Assembly (NCBI GenBank): GCA_012646185.1
Contig: GCA_012646185.1_4706.1
DNA length: 64,000 nucleotides
Source: a phage
Strand: one strand, 5' to 3'
Of this stretch, positions 58,143-64,000 are shown piece after piece; position 1 is the stretch's first letter, and every line of letters starts with the position of its first letter. The position numbers were made by a program, and so were the translations under genes. The notes under the pieces were generated by a model. That model did no database searches and had not been told where the DNA came from. It saw nothing but the letters and a program-made list of their open reading frames with translations.

Positions 58143-59882
58143 TTATGCGACTTTACTAATAACGACTGCTGTGATACCGAGATGTAGGTCGACGCCATTC
58201 TGTACTTTAATCCAGCGGATATACAGGTTAGCGTTATCCTGTCCCGTACCACCTGGGACGTTATTGTTCCTATTCCATTGCGAGATTTCGAAACGTTTCT
58301 GCACGTTAGGACCAACCATGATTTCAAAGTGGGTCGGTTCTGGTGCTTTCGATTCCGTTTTCTCAAGATAGAGCGGATGTGTCGTGTAGTAAAGCTGCTT
58401 CAACCATTCACCCAGATCTGAGTGTTTGTTCGTCAAGTCAACATACGCGTTACCAGCAACATCGTAAGTAAACAACGCTTTCGTGTTACGACCGTACACA
58501 TCCGTTGTCGTCGGCGTTGTTTGCGAGCTGAACGTTACTGTCCAGTAATCACCGGATGTTGCCGAACCTGCTTGCAGTAACGTCATTCGAATAGTCTGCG
58601 TATGACGTACGCGTTTGTAAACGGTAGGATCGACTTCATCTAACCAGATGTTGTACGCAAATTCCTGAGGTTGTCCGTATTTCTTCGGATTAAACTCAGG
58701 GCTGTTCAGCGCCAATTGTACTTTATCGGTTACGTTGTAGTATCGCTCACGGTCAACGTTGTACAACCAGAACACCAGCTCATATCCCACTGCATCAGAT
58801 ACCCATTGTGGATAGCAGAACAGTTTAACACTGTATGCCCCTTTCGCTTCTTTAGAAACGACGGTATAAGGTACGCTGATGTGTTTCACTGCGCCAGGTA
58901 ACGCGTAGGATGTGTCCTCATCATCGTCCAGGTAGTAGTGTAACGCCAGCGGGTGTTTGCTGTTGATAACCTGGGACGTGAAGACGTTAAGGCCGTCCAA
59001 CACAACCTTGTTACCAGTAACCGGCCAATGTTTAATGGAACCATCACTGTAGGTGACTTCAGCCTGAAGGTCGACGGAATCCAGGTTGACGTTAATCGGC
59101 AACTCGAGTAGTTTGGTATCGCTGCTGCTCAGCCACGTTGACTTCAGTCGTACCCCGTCTTCCAGAATATATTTAATACCCCGGTCTGGTGTGCGTACAT
59201 AGTCGGTGATACGAACAATCATACGTTTCATGGATAGTGGCTGTGGACCGTCACCATAACCTACTACCATCACCTGCTCAAAATCTTCGACAGGCTTAAT
59301 GCAGTAACCTTCACGAGGTGCCCAGATAGCTTTATTCGTTCCGTCTTTGTAAGCGATAAGCTGACACGGAATGAAATCACTGATCTTATTCCCGCTGTTG
59401 TCATACATCGCACTGATGATTTCGCCTTTGGCGCTGATATCAGAACCGCGGAACACTGCGATACGTCGAATATCCGAGCCATGCAGATGGAAACGACGAT
59501 CGATGTTCATTGTAGCAGGGATCGTGTTCGTATTAATCAATACACGCCATGTATCGTACGACCACGTCGGGTCAATACCTTCAAAGGTTGTCGTCTCATC
59601 ACCCTGGCCGTCGAATGGAGCAGACAGCTGACCGATAAGTTTAAGGGTACTTAGTTTTGTGCGATCGTCTACGGCGATAACACGGTACACCGCATTCGTA
59701 TCCCAGTCTTCAACTTTATCGTCCACGTTGGGGACGTAAAGTTTCCAGTCTTCTTCAACGCCATTATAGATCTCTTTATACGCATAGGTGGTATAGCGTC
59801 TGTCGAGATCCTGAATAGCGAGTTTATCCGGATGCTGTTGTGCATAAAGCACCGGATTGGTAATCTCTCTTCCCATTATCAC
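58143..59882 (-). CDS. hypothetical protein, possibly virion structural
   Basis: 579-aa ORF upstream of terminase. Confidence 0.45.
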   Translation of the reverse strand: MIMGREITNPVLYAQQHPDKLAIQDLDRRYTTYAYKEIYNGVEEDWKLYVPNVDDKVEDWDTNAVYRVIAVDDRTKLSTLKLIGQLSAPFDGQGDETTTFEGIDPTWSYDTWRVLINTNTIPATMNIDRRFHLHGSDIRRIAVFRGSDISAKGEIISAMYDNSGNKISDFIPCQLIAYKDGTNKAIWAPREGYCIKPVEDFEQVMVVGYGDGPQPLSMKRMIVRITDYVRTPDRGIKYILEDGVRLKSTWLSSSDTKLLELPINVNLDSVDLQAEVTYSDGSIKHWPVTGNKVVLDGLNVFTSQVINSKHPLALHYYLDDDEDTSYALPGAVKHISVPYTVVSKEAKGAYSVKLFCYPQWVSDAVGYELVFWLYNVDRERYYNVTDKVQLALNSPEFNPKKYGQPQEFAYNIWLDEVDPTVYKRVRHTQTIRMTLLQAGSATSGDYWTVTFSSQTTPTTTDVYGRNTKALFTYDVAGNAYVDLTNKHSDLGEWLKQLYYTTHPLYLEKTESKAPEPTHFEIMVGPNVQKRFEISQWNRNNNVPGGTGQDNANLYIRWIKVQNGVDLHLGITAVVISKVA

Positions 59883-62473
59883 TCACCTTTGATTGTGTAA
59901 AACTTCGTGAAGTCCACGCGATCTTTCAAGAACTCACGACTGACGCGTTCTAAGAACCGCAGTTGTTTAACCGTAACTTCAAGCGGCGTCCAACTGTCGT
60001 GTGGATGAATAGAGACCATCCGCCAATCGTAATTACGTAACGCAGGATCGTAGTCATAGAACCATTTATACGGCTCCATGAAATCCATCAGTTTAACGTC
60101 CTGCATATCAGGATCGGGATCGATAACACCATTGATAAGATCGTACGTTACCGCCATCAACGTTGGGCTGATAAGCTGGTATTTGTTTTCAATCGTTACC
60201 GGCGTATCGTACTTCACACGAGGGAAATACAAGGACATATAGTCTTCAACGCGTTTATCGGTTTCAAGACTTTTGTCGCGTAGATAATACGTGTCTGTGT
60301 TCACGAGACCACGGATAGGGGCAATAACGTGGTAAATCGCATAAGGCACCCCATCGTTGACTTTGATGTCAGCAGGGTATTGTGTGTCCTCAGCTGTAAC
60401 CACTTCGCTACGATCGTAAATACGTCCACCAACCACAATACGAACAACATGGTCGTCACGAACATTAAACACGTCGTCGTAAGAAAGCTGATTATGCATC
60501 GTCCAACCGGTATCGTAAACGGTTTCACTGGTTAAGTCCGTACGTGGAAAACCGGTGCATCTCACGGTAACCGTGTGTGTGTTCCCCTCACTGAAATACC
60601 GTTTCGCGTTGATCATGATCGTTGGCCATTTTACGATATAATCGATATCGCGTACCAAGCTGTAGCTTTTGGTTGCTCGCTCGTCACCTAACCATACTTC
60701 GATTTGACCAGGTTCGAAAGGCAGCGGGTATTCAACATCAATACCCGTCGTAACATCCAACCATACGGTGTGATTACGATGTTGTATCGTGGTCTTATAC
60801 GCTAAGAAGTAGGTGTCGAACAATACTAAACCGGTTTGCTTTCTTCCGTCCAACGACCATTTTATTACCCCGTTCTCTTCCGTTACCACAGAAGCATCAT
60901 CGGTAACATCCTTCCATGTGTTCGCAACAGGTTGTCCGTTACGAAGGTTTACGCTGTAGCAGCGGTAACTTGCCCACTCACGGATTGGGACGTCGGCAAC
61001 ACCCATCACGTAATCAAGCGTTCTCCCACCAACACCCGATCGGCCCTCAACATAGGACGTGGTTTCATATTGCGGATAAAAATGTCGGCCTGCCGGATGT
61101 TGCGTGATACCCAATAATAGACCGTCACTGTCGTACTCGAAGAACGTCGCATTTGCACGCAAACCCCACGGTACTTCAGCGGTAGGGGTACCCATATCGT
61201 CAGTAACGCGTTGTGGACTATCTGCAACCAGTTTTGCCATCGCGTTATACCCGTAAGCGGAGGTCACCATGTCGATCGTGATATTGCTTTCCTTATTACG
61301 CATGATGCGTGTATAATCACTGGCTTCAAGCGTACGTGCAAAGAACTCGGGTATATTAGCGTTCTGTTCTAACATCGCACCGACGATGACGTCGTCTGGA
61401 AGTTTATACAATTCGTGGATGCGGTTATGTTCGAAGGTTAACTGCGTTTTCAAACCGCTATCACGGACAACCACTTCCAGGGTTAAATCACGAAGCGATT
61501 CTGCTCCATCAACCCGTTCAACGAAGTAACTGACATAATCAACAGGAATCCCGTAATCACGATGCGTGAGCATGCGGATACTATTTTCCTGGTTGGTATG
61601 GTAATAACGTCCTTTTCCGTTAGGTCCTTTCACGTAGATATCAACGTCATCACGATACCGGATTTTAGTATCCGCTTCATCTTTCGGCGGATGAATAAGA
61701 TACTTCACTTTTTTGTCCAGATCGCTGTTGTACGTTCTAAGATCTTCTACACGGAAGCTGTACCGATGAACAACTGTGCCATCATAGATGACCTGAATGC
61801 TATCGCCGATCTTAAAACTTGACGGTGGGATGTCTTCAACCGCTTCACCATTGATACTACAGTGCGTCCAACCGATTCCGGTTTCCTGGATCTTTTTACG
61901 CCAGGCGTATAGCTGACGCTGCCACTGTAGAACCTGTGTCGAGCTGGTTACAATCCCCCCAAGGACATGCACTTCACGCCCCGCCGGTTTCGTGTATGAT
62001 GGATAGCCTTCCGCGAAGTCAGCGTTGAGATAGGTGCGCCAGTAATAATCACCAACGCCAAGGTCAGCGATATTCGGTTGGTCGAGCACACAGACCAGCA
62101 TCGTTTCGTTTTCCAGATTACCCGTCCACGTTAATGTCAACGGGAATTCTTTACCGTCCTCGGTATAGATATTGTAATACGATCCCTTCACCTCACAGAA
62201 CTTGCTGAGTTCTCGCCACCACAACCGACCCGCCCCGACATTAAAATCCTCTCCCATGTGTCGTCCAATAACAAACACATGGAACGTATTGGTATCATCA
62301 GGAAGATTGAATGTACGATGCCAAGCCGTAAAGTTTTTTACTGCGCCGGTCTTTCCGGTAATACGACGCATCTTGATACGATGCTGGTTGTCCATTAATG
62401 GACGGCAGTTCACGTTCAGCGCAGCATGATTTATCAAGTATTGCGCTGTAGGATTAGAAGCGTTCAACACCAC
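59879..62473 (-). CDS. hypothetical large protein, possibly virion structural
   Basis: 864-aa ORF. Confidence 0.45.
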   Translation of the reverse strand: MVLNASNPTAQYLINHAALNVNCRPLMDNQHRIKMRRITGKTGAVKNFTAWHRTFNLPDDTNTFHVFVIGRHMGEDFNVGAGRLWWRELSKFCEVKGSYYNIYTEDGKEFPLTLTWTGNLENETMLVCVLDQPNIADLGVGDYYWRTYLNADFAEGYPSYTKPAGREVHVLGGIVTSSTQVLQWQRQLYAWRKKIQETGIGWTHCSINGEAVEDIPPSSFKIGDSIQVIYDGTVVHRYSFRVEDLRTYNSDLDKKVKYLIHPPKDEADTKIRYRDDVDIYVKGPNGKGRYYHTNQENSIRMLTHRDYGIPVDYVSYFVERVDGAESLRDLTLEVVVRDSGLKTQLTFEHNRIHELYKLPDDVIVGAMLEQNANIPEFFARTLEASDYTRIMRNKESNITIDMVTSAYGYNAMAKLVADSPQRVTDDMGTPTAEVPWGLRANATFFEYDSDGLLLGITQHPAGRHFYPQYETTSYVEGRSGVGGRTLDYVMGVADVPIREWASYRCYSVNLRNGQPVANTWKDVTDDASVVTEENGVIKWSLDGRKQTGLVLFDTYFLAYKTTIQHRNHTVWLDVTTGIDVEYPLPFEPGQIEVWLGDERATKSYSLVRDIDYIVKWPTIMINAKRYFSEGNTHTVTVRCTGFPRTDLTSETVYDTGWTMHNQLSYDDVFNVRDDHVVRIVVGGRIYDRSEVVTAEDTQYPADIKVNDGVPYAIYHVIAPIRGLVNTDTYYLRDKSLETDKRVEDYMSLYFPRVKYDTPVTIENKYQLISPTLMAVTYDLINGVIDPDPDMQDVKLMDFMEPYKWFYDYDPALRNYDWRMVSIHPHDSWTPLEVTVKQLRFLERVSREFLKDRVDFTKFYTIKGE

Positions 62474-63446
62474 GGCATGCCTCCAGGAGGTATTTCATGT
62501 TGGCTTGGAAATCATTGACGTCACGCGCCATACGACGCTGATCCGCCATGAGACGAGCCAACACGGTATCACGGTAACCACGATCGTGGTCGGCAGCAGA
62601 GCATAAAAGAATAAATGTTGGTGGATGCTCTAAAGCAATCCCAGCAACTTCTTTGCTATAACCCCCAACCCAGCTGTAAGCGGTGATTTCAAACAACAAC
62701 GCTTGGGTTAACGTGTTCAAACGGGGACTAATATTACTTTCTTTTAGTGCGGTTACAAAAGCTGCCATGTTAGGGATATAACCCAGGTTTTCGGTTACGA
62801 TACCGATGCTCGCAAAATCGTAACGAAGCGTTGTCTGGATGGTGCGCACCATAGTTAGTCTTTCATTATTTGTAAGGCTATCTTTAAATAAGCAAAGATA
62901 GTACCACGCTGTTATGATGGCAACGTCACGACGTTGTTGGAGATCCAGACCTAAACGTTGAGTAATTTGTCCACTGATCCAATCGCAGAAGACACGCATC
63001 GGGATAGGGCCAAGACGTTCAAAAGGACGTGTGCCCAAGGATTCCCATCCTACCTGAAGATACGCACGTGATTGAAGAAAGTTATATTCACGTTCGTTAA
63101 CGACGGTAGTACGCGATCCTGGGCGTGAAGTGTCGGTTGGTGTGCGAGCATAGGCACGCTGGTCGATGACGACGCGTTGTCCATCCATCACCGTTTTAAT
63201 CACCAGCGGATGACCGAAGGAAGGAATATCGTCTAACGTGTTTTTGTTACCGATAACTTCTAAGACGGGGGTGTTTACACCATTTTCTTCTCCTGGTGCG
63301 CTTAACAACCCACCGACATAAGCAACCTCGATTGCGGTGCGAATACGGTCAATCCCTTTGAGTTTTGTTCCAACAGTTGTGTCGTAAGGAGAGATGAACA
63401 TAGATAATTCCTTTATTACGGCATAGTAAGAAAACGGGTTACGCAC
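62454..63446 (-). CDS. hypothetical protein
   Basis: 330-aa ORF. Confidence 0.45.
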   Translation of the reverse strand: MRNPFSYYAVIKELSMFISPYDTTVGTKLKGIDRIRTAIEVAYVGGLLSAPGEENGVNTPVLEVIGNKNTLDDIPSFGHPLVIKTVMDGQRVVIDQRAYARTPTDTSRPGSRTTVVNEREYNFLQSRAYLQVGWESLGTRPFERLGPIPMRVFCDWISGQITQRLGLDLQQRRDVAIITAWYYLCLFKDSLTNNERLTMVRTIQTTLRYDFASIGIVTENLGYIPNMAAFVTALKESNISPRLNTLTQALLFEITAYSWVGGYSKEVAGIALEHPPTFILLCSAADHDRGYRDTVLARLMADQRRMARDVNDFQANMKYLLEACRGVERF

Positions 63447-63546
63447 ACAGATTTAAGCATAATGGTAATATTTTACGTAATGCCTATGACATTGTGTCAC
63501 GTGTGCAATTATGTCATACAATTTCCTTAATTTAAGGAGAGTTATA

Positions 63547-64000
63547 ATGAGGCTCAAAAACAGTACGCCTCGCGCGATTTTCACGGGCTTTAAAGAGGGT
63601 CTCACTACGGATCCGGTAACCGCCCCTGAGATCACGCCCATTCACCTCCCGTATGTCTACATTCAGGGTGGTCGTGGTAAAGAGGATACCTTGCTTTTAA
63701 CAGGGGACGCCCTGTCCACCGTTTACGGTGACGAAATGTTGAATTACCGTAGTAAGTATGCTTCTCCTGCAACACTGATTGCACGTCAAGCGGCTTCAAC
63801 CGGTAGCGCAATTTTCACCAAACGTTTGGTGTCACCCGATGCAAAATACGCCCGTATTCGTATCGGTGTAGAAGTGGTTGACGATGTTCTTCCGGTTTGG
63901 CAGCGTAACCCTGACGGTTCCTATAAAAAGGATCAGGACGGCAACCGTATTCAGGACGGCGACAAAGTCACCAATAAAATCAAAATGCGTTGGGTCGTTA
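63547..64000 (+). CDS. hypothetical protein, 5' portion only (gene continues beyond window end)
   Basis: ATG at 63547 preceded by aaggag; reading frame open to the window edge. Confidence 0.45.
   Translation, partial: MRLKNSTPRAIFTGFKEGLTTDPVTAPEITPIHLPYVYIQGGRGKEDTLLLTGDALSTVYGDEMLNYRSKYASPATLIARQAASTGSAIFTKRLVSPDAKYARIRIGVEVVDDVLPVWQRNPDGSYKKDQDGNRIQDGDKVTNKIKMRWVV

Noticed and set aside
1-64000. CRISPR array or other direct-repeat/spacer structure
   Set aside because: No regularly spaced short direct repeats seen; the only tandem repeat is the intron pair at 35258-35982.

Overview
This window reads as a segment of a nucleus-forming jumbo phage genome (phiKZ-like, Chimalliviridae-type), not a bacterial chromosome. 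It is densely packed with short, often start/stop-overlapping genes, almost all on the minus strand, with a few plus-strand genes (10352-13986, 23208-23561, 39476-40570, 48224-49066, 54029-55273, 63547-end). Recognisable genes are a tubulin-like PhuZ (47179-48159), a candidate nuclear-shell protein (chimallin, 37326-39221), fragments of a split multisubunit RNA polymerase (beta-prime N-terminal part at 35033-37233, beta C-terminal part at 21008-23176, beta-prime C-terminal part at 16930-18936), a large terminase (55861-58092), two SF2 helicases, a DEDDh exonuclease, two metallophosphoesterases, an HD-domain protein and a DUF285/BspA-repeat protein. The most striking feature is in the beta-prime gene: the reading frame stops 17 codons after ...GYNA, the five codons for DFDGD lie 350 nt further on, and beta-prime homology resumes 360 nt after that (MNNHIVP..., GMMDNN). 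I read this as two tandem, related, ORF-less self-splicing introns bracketing a 15-nt micro-exon that encodes exactly the catalytic aspartate triad. Intergenic regions carry a repeated early-promoter-like motif containing TATATTAC, a recurrent TGACGTCA palindrome, and a family of GC-rich CCCTCC/GGGAGG stem-loops. Most proteins are unassignable from sequence alone. All calls rest on motif reading; no database search was run.
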